The notes under the pieces were generated by a model. That model searched no databases. It was not told where the DNA came from and saw nothing but the letters and a program-made list of their open reading frames with translations. A stretch of DNA of 64,000 nucleotides, from assembly GCF_006345805.1 (NCBI RefSeq), contig NC_043023.1, positions 7,440,001-7,504,000 of the forward strand, in the 5' to 3' direction. Position numbers and translations under genes: made by a program. This document shows positions 47,663 to 61,000 of the stretch, one piece after another (position 1 is the stretch's first letter; every line of letters starts with the position of its first letter). This DNA is from Octopus sinensis (Eukaryota).

Positions 47663-49672
47663 ATATATATATATATGTGTGTGTGTGTGTATATATATAT
47701 AGTCAATCCAAACATGAACAAGCAAGAAACAACAACAACGCAAGGACGTGGAATAAGTACAGTCTTTGTGGACGCTCAGGATAGGAAAGAAAAGAAAGTG
47801 GATTTCATGTTTCGAGCAGAGCTCTTCGTCAGAAATATAGAAAATGTCCAAAGAAGGGAAGGCAGAGAATGAAAATCGCCAACGATACACACAGGCGGTC
47901 ACATATTGAAATGACCGGAAGGGAATGGGTGAAGAAAAAGTTCCTTCAAAGACAGGAGAGTGCAAGAGAAGGAGGTATGTGTGTGTACGTGAGGGTATGT
48001 GCATGTGTCCAGGTCTGTGTTTGTGTGTGTGTGTGTGTGTAATGATAGCATGTGTGTGTGGTTGTGGCTGTTTATGTGTGTGTGGTTGGACTTAGTGTTG
48101 CTTAAGGTCATTGGAAGAATTTATAGTAAGAATTTTGGTAGGAGTGGCTGCCTGTTGTGTGTCTACCTACTATATATATATATACATACACATAGGGCCT
48201 TACTCACCTTGTGGTATAACATCACAGCATTACCTTCCATACCCAATTTGTGTTCAAAATACCTGGCTGCCTCTACCATGTCCTCAGGTGACCCCAGGAG
48301 GGCCAAGTTCAGAATTTGGTTCTCCATACCATTCTCCTGTAACAGATAAATGCAAAGTGACTGTCTGTAAATCTACGTCATATCAAGGTGGGGGAGGAAG
48401 ACGAAGAAGGGAAAGGGAGTAGTAGTAGTAGTAGTAGCAGCAGTAGTTGTGGAAGAGAGGGACAGAGGAAGGGGTGGAGGGGAGAACAATGGGGGAGGGG
48501 AGAAAAAAGGAGGAGGAGGAGGAGAAAAAGAGGAATAGGGGAAGTAAAGGAGATGTAGAAGAAGTAAAAGAAGAAGGGGATGGAGGGAAGGGAATGGAGG
48601 GTGATATGAAGGGGAGAGGATAAAAGAGGAAAGTATGAAGAGGAGGAGAATAATGCTGTGGTGGTGGTGGTGGAGGAAAAAAGGATGAAGCCAAAGAAAA
48701 AGGAAGAGGCAAGGACAAGGAAGAAGGGGAGAGGGAGGACAATGACGAGGAGTAGGGGAAATAAAAGCGGAAAGAAGAGGAGGAAGAGGAAGAGAAAAAG
48801 AGTAAGAGGAGAAGAAGAAGAAAAAGGAGAATGTATGTAGAAGAAGAAGAGTAGCAGCACTAGCAGCAGCGACGACTACAACAACAACAGGAGGAGGAGG
48901 GGTGGGGGAGGGGTTGAGGAGGAGGAGGAGGAAGATGATGAAGAAGAAGAATTGGAAGAAGAAGAAGAAGAAGAAGAAGGAGAAGAAGAAGAAGGAAGTG
49001 GAGGAGGAGGAGAAGAAAAGAATTGGAAAAAGAAGAAGAGGAGGAGGAGGTGTGGGCTGGAAGGAGAAGAAGCTGAGGGGGAAAGATGATCTGTGGAGCA
49101 TTAAAAGAAAGAAATGAGGTGCACTGACCTTACAAAGTCGGATGGCATTGCCATAAGTCTCTGATCTTGTGAAAAAGTTGACGGCATTCTGATAATCTCC
49201 TTGGATCTCATACTGCCGAGCCACGTGATAACAGGCAGCCCTGTCACCGGTCTCGTTACAGATGGTTGATGCCTACAAATAATATGTATGTATGAATGTG
49301 AATGTATACACACACATGTATATGATGTGATGGAAGTAAGAACTGGTAAACTAGTGGTATTGTTTTGAATCATGCCATTTATATATTTAAACAGAATTAT
49401 TGAGTTGTAATAATAGAATTATCAGAACAGAATGGATCACAAGAAATAAGAAGGTGTGCAGATGTGTGTGTGTGTGTGTGTGTGTGTATCAAGATATTTT
49501 GATTGCCTCAATAACTGAAGAGATGCCTGAGCAGATTTCCTCCCTGACATCCGAAACTCAGAGTCTTATTATGGCAACCGAATAAATTGTCACATATTAT
49601 ATTACAGATAAATTCCTCTAGTTACATAATATCAAGGACTCTTTCATTCCTTTGTTGTCATACCATTACTAT

Positions 49673-49716
<44 letters not shown>

Positions 49717-51949
49717 TTATAAAATTATTAATATTAGGGAATTCATTTCCGAGTCCACAGGGGAGAGAAATTCATTTTAGTGGTACTAAAACGAGTCTAT
49801 GGTGATAACTTTGCTTTCATAGCTGAGTTACTATCAGAATTAGAAAAGTTTCAGGTGTGGAAGCAAGATCTAGAATTGAAGGGCCTTAGAGTCAATCTAG
49901 CAAAAATCAAAGTTTTAGTAAGTAGGAAGGTAGACAAATCACAAATCCCTTCAGGTAGATGGCCCTGCTCGATCTGTAGAAAAGGCATAGGTAGAAACTA
50001 CATAAGATGTATGTGGTATAAGCTATGGACACATAAGAGGTGCAGCAATATCAAAGGAAGGCTAACTGGGAAGATAGTTTTTGTATGTGGCAAATGCACA
50101 GGGGCAATAAACACTGAAAATGTGCAGAAAACAGCTTTTATAACATGTGAGGGGGAAAAACTAGAAGTAGTTGATAGCTTCTGTTACCTTGGTGAAACAC
50201 ATGACAAGAAACTAAAAACAAAAAAATGATGATGATAAAAAGGATGCACATCACTACAACACCACAAAAAGAAAGAAATCCTGAAATCACAGTCACCATA
50301 CCTTTTCCATGTCTGACTGGAAACAGTAGACACGAACCAATGAGAGATAGTCCTGCGCTATATCATAATACTTCACGGCTTCAGCAAGTTCCTCAATACT
50401 CTCCATGTATTGGGCATACCACTTGTACAAGGTCCTGCAAATGGAATGACAAAATAATGGGTTCAATTCTATCTCATGGCACTTTGAAACACTACTTATT
50501 ATTATTTTAAGTGGAGGCGCAATGGCCCAGTGGTTAGGGCAGCAGACTCACGGTCGTAGGATCGCGGTTTCGATTCCCAGACCGGGTGTTGTGAGTGTTT
50601 ATTGAGCGAAAACACCTAAAGCTCCACAAGGCTCTGGCAGGGATGGTGGTGATCCCTGCTGTACTCTTTCACCACAACTTTCTCTCACTCTTACTTCCTG
50701 TTTCTGTTGTACCTGTATTTCAAAGGGCCGGCCTTGTCACTCTCTGTGTCACGCTGAATATCCCCGAGAACTACGTTAAGGGTACACATGTCTGTGGAGT
50801 GCTCAGCCACTTACACATTAATTTGACGAGCAGGCTGTTCCGTTGATCAGATCAACCGGAACCCTCGTCGTCGTAACCGACGGAGTGCTTCCATCCATTA
50901 ATATTTTACATGTGACTTGTGTGTATGTATATATATATATATACAGGGTTGACCAAAAGTTACCTGACAGTCAAGCAAAATTCCATAAATACTTAATGTT
51001 CAATTTTTATTTATTCCAATCATGGATGTTTAATAATTGAATGCTATGAGTTAAAAATCAGTTTCTTTTCAGCATTTGTCTATTTGTGGCACCTTGGGCA
51101 AGTGTCTCGTTCTATAGCCTCACCATAAACCACTGCTATCACTATCATCATCACTACCACCACCACCACATCCACCATCACTACCAAGACCACCACCAAT
51201 CATCATCACCATCACTACTACCACTATCATGGTCACCATCACCACCACCACTACCACCACGAACACCACCAACGCCACAGCCACCACTACCACCATCACC
51301 ACCACCACACTCATCATCACCATCACCACTATCATGGTCATCATCACTACCACCACCACCATCTCCACTATTATCATCATCACCATCACTACTATCATGG
51401 TCACCATCACCACCACCACGAACACCACCGCCGCCACCACTACCACCATCACCACCACCACAATCATCATCACCATCACCACTATCATGGTCACCATCAC
51501 CACCACCACCACCGCCACAGCCACCACTACCACCATCACCACCATCATCATCACCACCACCACCACCATCACTACATATGCTACCACCCTGGGGTACTTA
51601 CTTGTCCTTGCTCTTCTGTATAAAGTCCAACAGATCTTGTGGTTTCGGGTACAACATTTTGGGTGCCTCATACATGTGGGTCCCGGCCTTCTTGTAGCTG
51701 TAAAACAGAACAAAGGTCAGTGGGGGGGGTCACATAAAGAATTCAAGTCAGGTCAAAATATAGGTTTATGGCCAAAGGGGAAGATATAGGGACAAGCATG
51801 GCTGTGTGGTAAGTAGCTTGCTTACCGACCACATGGTTCTGGGTTCAGTCCCACTGCATGACACCTTGGGCAAGTGTCTTCTGCTATAGCCTTGGGCTGA
51901 GCCAAGCCTTGTAAGAGGATTTAGTAGATGGAAACTGAAAGAAGCCTGC

Positions 51950-51994
<45 letters not shown>

Positions 51995-52340
51995 GATAAA
52001 ACCACTATTAGGCAACTCAAACAATGATAGACATAAACCAAAACATAAAAAACAAATAAAATATATTTTTATAAAACATATGACTAGATCACAGAAAGTA
52101 TAAAAATGAATCATTAATATTATTATATATTGATTATTCATTTTTATACTTTTTGTGATCTAGATATATGTTTTATAATAAATTTTATTTTTTCTGTATG
52201 ATTTGGTTTATGTCTGTCATTGTTTGAATTACATATTAGTGGTATTTCTCTAATTTATATATATTATATATTTATATTGTGAAATTTGATTTAATTCCAA
52301 ATTGAATTTTTCCCTGTAAGTTTGGAGTTATACTCCCTAA

Positions 52341-52392
<52 letters not shown>

Positions 52393-55003
52393 GTATATAT
52401 ATAAGAAAGTGAAAGCTTTATTTCAATTCTCTCCAAAACGAAACACAATTGAATTTAATTTCCTTTTTCCCTTATTTTTCTCATCTTCATCTCCATTTTT
52501 CTTTCAGTTTTTTCCTCCTGATTTCTCTCTCTTCTTCTCCTTCCTGAAGAAGAGCATAGGCTCAAAGCATTAAAAACTTCTTCCAATTTTCCTAAGCATC
52601 AACCTAATACACCCTTATCATTCGCTTTTTAACCTTGCTTTTATGTTTTCCTTTTCCTCTTATTTTTCTCATCTTTTCCTCCTTATTTCTCTCTCTTCTC
52701 CTTTCTGAAGAAGAGCATAGGCTCAAAACATTAAAGACTTCTTCCAATTTTCCTGTGTACCAACTTAATACTCCCTGTTTGTTTTTGTCACCTCATTGTC
52801 ATGCTTTATTTATTTTTCTCTTCATCTATCCTTTCCATTGAAGAGCACAGGCTCAAAACACCAAAAACTTGCAATTTTCCTGAGCACCAACCTGAAATAC
52901 CCTGTTTGTTTGGCTTTTTCTTACCTCATCTGCATGTTGTTTTTTTCCCCTTATTTTTCTCTCTCCTCATCTATCCTTCCAGCAGAAAAGCATTAAAAAC
53001 TTCTCTCAATTTTCCTGAGCATCAACCAAATACACCCTATTTGTTTCTTTACCTCATCTTCATGTTTTCGTCTTAGGTTATTTTCTCCTTATTTTCCTCT
53101 CTTCTCATCTATCTTTTCTGAAGAAGAGTAGATGCTCAAAACATCGAGAATTTCTTCCAATTTTCCTGAACATCAACATAATACACCAGTTTGTGTTTTA
53201 CCTTCTCTTTGTGATTTCTGCTTCATTTTTCTACCATTTTGACCACTAACTCTGACCTCTGGCACTAACCCCCAGCGGAAAAAGGAGGAGAGAGATAGGA
53301 AGAGGAAAAACAGGCAAGGAAGAGAGAAAGAAAGAAGGATATAAAGAAAATAAGGGAGGAAGAAAGGGTAAGAATTATAAGCCTTACTTGTTTATAGCTT
53401 CAAGCCTGTTGCCCTCTGATTGTAAATGCTGAGCGTAACAATGATAAGTGCACTTGAGATGAATTCGGTCGTACAACTCTGCAGTCTCCAGGGCCTGCAT
53501 TGGTAGAGGTGGTCATGGGCAGATTGAGGTACAAAGAGAAAAAACAGAAAAGAGAGTTGTTACTATCGTGTTAACTCCAGATAGAATGTGATCAAGACAG
53601 ACCTATGATCAAGGATGTTCCAGCTATGACCATCCCCTCTTTTATCCAGACATAGTGTATCTATAACTACATTATCTAATGTACAGTATAGTAGTTAATA
53701 TTAATAGCTTTAGTAAGTGTTGTTTAGCCCTGGGTCAGTCCTGATCTAAGAGACAGACCTATGATCAAATATGTTCCAGCTGTGATTATCCTGTCTTTTA
53801 TTCAGGCATAGTGTATCTAGGACTACACTATCTAATGTACAGTATAGTAGTTAATATTAGTGGCTATAGTTGTTGTTGCTTAGCCCTAGGTCAATCCTGA
53901 TCTAGGAGACAAACCTATGATCAAATATGTTCCAGATGTGACCATCCTGTCTTTTATTCAGGCATAGTGTATCTTGGAGTACATTATCTAAAGTACAGTG
54001 TAGTAATTAGTATTAGTGGCTATAGCTGTTATTTAGCCCTAGGTCAGTCCTGATCCAGACAGGCCTATCATCAAAGATGTTCCTGGTTTTAACCAGTCCA
54101 TCCTTTATTCAGGCATAGTGTATCTTGGACTACATTATCCAAAATGTCCTTTGTCTATTAAAGACAGTACACATCTTGTTCCACACTGCCATGACTCTTC
54201 CCACCATCAAGTAGACACTAGCCCTGTCCCCTTAACCCTCAACATTCACACAGTCCATCCCCACCCTCACCTACTGACCATTTCTGCACCCCGCCAGATT
54301 CCCCTGCCCCATAGACACACTCACCTTATCCCATTGACCACAGTCCTGGTAGAACTCATTCAACAGGTCGTACCTTTTGCAGTTCTTCAGGAACTTCTCG
54401 GCCTCGTCCTGTCAAAGAGAGAAAGAAAGGGAGTGGGGAGGTTATGGTTGTTTTTAATCACCCTGATCAATCATCATCAGTCATATATCAGCATCAATCA
54501 TCATCAGTCATATATCAGCATCAATCAGCATCAGTCATATATCAGCATCAATCATCATCAGTCATATATCAGCATCAATCATCATCATTCAATATCCATG
54601 TTCTATGCCGGCCCATATCGGTCAGATTGACACCATCTGATAGATCAATGGGCTACTTCGTGCCCCAGTGTTTGCATGGATTCATAGGGCTGGACATGAA
54701 CATTACCACCAACACCACCACCACCACCACCACCATTACAACCAGCAGCTGAGGCAGTACCATCACTACCATCGACCCTGAAAGGATGAAAAGCAAAGTT
54801 GACATCAGCGGAATCTGAACCCAGAACATGAAGACAGATGAAATACCGCGAAGCATTTCGCCCAGTGTACTAATAATTCTACCAGCTTGCCACCAATGTT
54901 AAATCCTCCTCCTTTCTTTCCTTTCCTGAGCGTCCAATAACACTATACTTGTTCCACGTCCTCGTGTTGTTGTGTTTTCTCTTTGTGTTTTCATGTTTGG
55001 ATC

Positions 55004-55040
<37 letters not shown>

Positions 55041-58000
55041 TATATCATATATATCACCATGATCACTGTGAATGACCAGGCTATCAGATGTTGCTACACA
55101 TCGCTGGTCACAACACACTTCGCATTGTTTTAGCCTTCAAATGATGCCACCCCGTTGGCTAAGCGAGCAGGCCAACAGAAGAAAGAGTGAGAGAAAGTTG
55201 AGGCGAAGGAATACAGCAGGGATTGCCACCACCTTCTGCCCGAGCCTCGTGAAGCTTTAGGTGTTTTCGCTCAATAAACACTCACAACGCCTGTTCTGGG
55301 AATTGAAACTGCAATCCTATGACCATGAGTCCGCTGCCCTAACCACTGGGCCATTGCAGCTCCACATATCATATACGTTATATATTATATATATATATAT
55401 ATATATATCATCATTATCATCATCATCATTTAACATCTGTTGTCCATGCTGGCATGGAGTGAACAGTTTGACCAGGGCTGGTAAGCCAAAGGGCTGCACC
55501 AGACTCCAGTCTGATTTGGCATGGTTTCTATGGCTGGATGCCCTTCCTAACACCAACCTCTCCAAAAGTGTTATGGGTGCTTTTACATGCTACCGGCACA
55601 TGTGCCATTTGCATGACACCAGTATCTTCCATGACTACGATTTCACTTAGCCTGATGGGTGTTCTTCTCAAGCACAGCATATTGCCAAAGGTCTTGGTCA
55701 ATTGTCATTACTTCCATGAGGCCCAGAACTCAAAAGGTGCTTTTTGCATGCCATCTGACAATAACTAGTGGTCCCTTATGCCTGGTGGTTTTACTATCCA
55801 CCCTGGTACCAATCGACAGCATTTCTGCATCCCTGTGCTGACATGGATTGTCATCACACATGCTAGTTAACCCATAGCTTGGATCCTGACACATGTTATT
55901 ACTCTGGGCCAGAATAAACCTGAGAACAACAGGGGCTAAGAAGTGGTTTCACACTGCTCAAAGCCCTCAAACTCCTGAGCTAGGGCCCCACTACTGGATA
56001 CATACTGACAAGTCATACCCACAACTCAAATTACAGCAACAATACTTACCACCATGTTCAGGTGCATTGCTAAAACAGCCAACTGCACCTCAACCTCTGG
56101 CTCACGTGCCATTTTTCTCAGTGCCCTCACGCCCTGCGCATGACACATCTTGCCCAGACAGATTTTGGCAACGTCCAGTTGTTGGGTTTTTACGCACATC
56201 TTGGCCATGTTCTCCCACACTGACTCACTGCAATTAGACATAAATACACATAAATTGTAACTTTTGATGATTAATAATACTCTTTTACTCGTTTCAGTTA
56301 TTTGACTGCGGCCATGCTGGAGCACCGCCTTTAGTCGAGCAAATCGACCCCGGGACTTATTCTTTGTAAGCCCAGTACTTATTCTATCGGTCTCTTTTGC
56401 CGAACTGCTAAGTGACGGGGACGTAAACACACCAGCATCGGTTGTCAAGCAATGCTAGGGGGATAATATCTATCCAATATACCCAAATTATTAATACACG
56501 AGTGTTTTGTATTGCATTGCAATTAACTTACCTATTGTATTAAATGGATGGAGGTAAAGAGATATTTTGCCATTAATTTATAGAGCAATAAGAAAATGGA
56601 GGGGATCAATAGGTGGTTCATCTACTTTTAGACATTATATTATGTTAACTTATTTATTTACTAAACTGATAATTACAATAATATACATACATATAACATA
56701 TTATGCTTTACATATAAGATATAAAATATAGTAATATATAAGGATACCAGTAATTATTTTAAAATAACAAACACGAATAATAAATTGGTAAAATAACTTA
56801 CAGCTGTTTCAGCCAATAGATAAAAATACCTCATTCTACCTTTATTACTCAAGTGGAGTGAAGTAATAGGTAGATGAAAATGAGGTACATGGGTATATCT
56901 CTAGGCTTCGTCAGAGATTATAAAGTACATAATGTTAAGTCATAAATACACACACATTTGAATACTTATATATATATATAGATATAAATATACATACATA
57001 TATAGATATACATAAATACTTATATATATACTGAAATATACATATATATTTACATCTATAAGCATATACAATAATCAGCTATTACTATACATGGCTACCT
57101 CACATTATATGAGGGTGGGTGGCTTTGTGTTAGGTGTTGAGAGGTTAAAGTATGATAGAAGGGACAGGAACAGGTTTCTTGCTGTAAAGGAGATACATGG
57201 CTACTTCACATTATATAAGGGTGGATGGCTTTGTGTTAGGTGTTGAGGGGTTAAAGTATGATAGAAGGGACAGGAACAGGTTTCTTGCTGGAGAAGAGAT
57301 ACATGGCTACCTCACATTATACAAGGGTGGGTGGCTTTGTGTTAGGTGTTGAGGGGTTAAAGTATGATAAAAGGGACAGGAACAGGTTTCTTGCTGGAGA
57401 GGAGATACATGGCTACCTCACATTATACAAGGGTGGGTGGCTTTGTGTTAGGTGTTGAGGGGTTTAAGTATGATAGAAGGGACAGGAAGAGGTTTCTTGC
57501 TGGAGAGCAGATACACGGCTACCTCACATTATACAAGGGTGGGTGGCTTTGTGTTAGGTGTTGAGGGGTTTAAGTATGATAGAAGGGACAGGAAGAGGTT
57601 TCTTGTTGGAGAGCAGATACACGGCTACCTCACATTATACAAGGGTGGGTGGCTTTGTGTTAGGTGTTGAGGGGTTTAAGTATGATAGAAGGGACAGGAA
57701 GAGGTTTCTTGCTGGAGAGCAGATACACGGCTACCTCACATTATATAAGGGTGGGTGGCTTTATGTCAGATATAAAGAGGCTAAAGTGTGATAAAAAGAG
57801 GTGTTGAGAGGTTAAAGTATGATAAAGGGGACAGGAACAGGTACGTTGCTGGAGAGGAAATATCTGGCTATTCTGGCAGGAAAAGGAGAAAGGATGGAGG
57901 AGATGAGGGTCAGACATGCTGACCAGGGATTAAAATACAGTAAGAAGAACAACAAGCCATCCACCACCCACCACCCAAAATCACACTTACTTTTTAATTA

Positions 58001-61000
58001 GTTTGATCGCCTTGAAAGCCTCGTCCATATTGCCAATAGCCTGGTGGAAACAGAACTCCAGCATGGCTGACTGCGTTCCTTTGTCGCATGTCTCCAAACC
58101 CACAAAGTCCCGCATTGTCCTGCGAGCCACTATGATGGTGGGCTGTTGCTGGTCTTCATGTTTGTGGTGTTGGATGTAGTTGAGTGACCCCTGGGAGTCG
58201 TCCTTCTGCATGGCTTCCGACAGCGGTGGGGATGTAGGTGTAGGGGTCTCGCGCCAGTTTTTCTCCTCAGACTGAAAGTAAAGATATACATAACTTGTAT
58301 ACTCCGGCCCCTACATATTCACCCGTTCTCCACCCAACATGCAGCAGAAAGTAAAAAGGGATACAAAGCTGTCTACTCACGTCCTGCAGGATATAGAAAT
58401 AGGGGACATTAAGTCCGATCAGGAATTTGTCAGGGTCATTTAAGGGGTTTGTTTCTTGTAACAGTAGGCCCCTGTCTGTCGCGAACAGTGATACGATGAG
58501 GACCTGTATGGCAATATAAGAATGAGAGGTGAGTGAGGGTGTGAGTGTAAGTGAAGAAGTGTGTGTTGAGGGAGAGTGTGTGTGTGTGTGTGTGTGTAAG
58601 TGAAGAAGTGTGTGTTGAGGGAGAGTGTGTGTGTGTGTGTGTGTGTAAGTGAATGACAGTGAGCATGTGAGTGTGTGAAGGAGAGAAGTTGAGTGAGGAA
58701 GTGTGTGAGAGAGAGGGTGTATGTGAATGTGAGTGAGGGAAAGTTTGTATGAGTGAGGGAGAGTGTGTATGAGTGAGTGTGAGTGAGTGTGTGAGTGAGG
58801 GAGAGTGTGTGAGGGAGAGTGTATGTAAGTAAGTGAGGGAGAGTGTGTGAGTGAGTGTGAAGGAGAGTGTGAGTGAGGGAGAGTGTAAGTAAGTGAGGGA
58901 GAGTGTGTGTGAGTGAGTGTGAAGGAGAGTGTGAGTGAGGGAGAGTGTATGTAAGTGAGGGAGAGTGTGTGTGAGTGAGTGTGAGGGAGAGTGTGTGTGA
59001 GTGAGTGTGAAGGAGAGTGTGTGAGTGAGGGAGAGTGTGTACGTGTGTATGAAAGAGAGAGTGTGAGTGAAGGAGAGCATGTGGTGAGAGCGAGAATGTA
59101 TGTTTGAGAGTGTGGTAGAGAGACTGTGTGAGTGAGAGAGAGAAAGAGTATAAATAAAAAACAAAGATTGTGACAGTGAAGAAGAGAGAGTTTTTGAGTG
59201 AGAGAGAGGGAGAAAGTGTGTTACAGTGATGGTGAGAGTATGAGTGAGGGAGAGAGTGTGGAATGAAGAGAAGAGAATGTAAGAGAGAGCGAGAGAGAGT
59301 GTGTCTGAAAATGAAGGAGGGAGAAAGCGAGAGAGAGAGAAAGAGAGGATGTGGATAAGGTGGCATCCAAAATATGGTCATATATATTTATTTCTTTACT
59401 ACCCACAAGGGGCTAAACAGAGAGAGGACAAACAAAGACAGACAAAGGTATTAAGTCGATTATATCAGCCCCAGTGCGTAACTGGTACTTATTTAATCAA
59501 CCCCGAAAGGATGAAAGGCAAAGTCGACCTCGGCGGAATTCAAACTCAGAACGTAAAGACAGATGAAATACCTATTTCTTTACTACCCACAAGGGGCTAA
59601 ACAGAGAGAGAATAAACAAGGACAGACAAAGGTATTAAGTCGATTATATGAACCCCAGTGCGTAACTGGTACTTATGTAATCGACCCCGAAAGGATGAAA
59701 GGCAAAGTCGACCTCGGCGGTCGGAACATAGCGGCAGACGAAATACGCCTACGCATTTTGCCCAGCGTGCTAACGATTCTACGTTCATCTTACATCACCA
59801 GACATTTCTGTTTTCGGCTTAATATATATAAAACAGAGAGATTTTAATATACTCACACCCCATCGTTGTGACAAAGAGGGTCCCGGCTGATACGATCAAC
59901 GGAACAGCTTTACTCTCTTTTACTCTTTTACTTGTTTCAGTCATTTGACTGCGGCCATGCTGGAGCACCGCCTTTAGTCGAGCACATCGACCCCAGAACT
60001 TATTCTAAGTAAACCTAGTACTTATTCTATCGGTCTCTTTTGCCGAACCGCTATGTTACGAGGACGTAAACACATCAGCATCGGTTATCAAGCGATATTG
60101 GGGGGGACAAACACAGACACACATACATATATATATATATACATATATACGATGGACTTCTTTCAGTTTCCGTCTACCAAATCCACTCACAAGGCTTTGG
60201 TCGGCCCGAGGCTATAGTAGAAGACACTTGCCCAAGGTGCCACGCAGTGGGACTGAACCTGGAACCATGTGGTTGGTAAGCAAGCTATTTACCACACAGC
60301 CACTCCTGTGCCTATGAAATTAACATGCAAGTGGCTGAGCGCTCCACAGACACATGTATCCCTAATGTAGTTCTCGGGGAGATTCAGTGTGACACAGAGT
60401 GTGACAAGGCTGGTCCTTTGAAATACAGGTACCACTCATTTTTGCCAGCTGAGTGGACTGGAGCAACATGAAATAAAGTGTCTTGCTCAAGAACACAATG
60501 CACCGCCGGGAATTGAACTCACAAACTTACGATCATGAGCCAAATGCCCCTAACCACTAAGCCACCCGCCTTCACTACACATACACACATACACACACAC
60601 AGAGTCACGCAATTAACAACCCACAGGCAAATCCCTTCTTCTGTGCTCTACACACCTGACCCCTATCTGCCATGCCCCAAACCCAAGTAACAAAAGGGGC
60701 CTTTCACTTACCATTTCATTGTTTACTCCTTCTGTCTCCTCCTCCTCTTCCCCTGCTTCAGTTTCACCGGTGGTGGGCATCTTATTGTTGGGGTCTTCCG
60801 TGATCAGTCTCGCCTCACAGCTCAACAGGTGGGGCACCTTTGCATCCCAGAAGTGCGAAACAGGGTATCTCCCTGTCATGCCCTTAGAGGCAGCAACAAC
60901 CTTAACTCTGATTCAAAAAAAAAGGGCATAAGGTGCTTATTAGTATAAGATTTACAGAGGTGGCTTATAGGCACAGGAGTGGCTTATAGGTGCAGGAGTG

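Noticed and set aside
60613-60711. Read-through tails of IFT140 exon ORFs into introns (also 48373-49128, 45030-45137, 42287-42331)
   Set aside because: Each begins at a consensus GT donor and loses similarity there; these are intronic.
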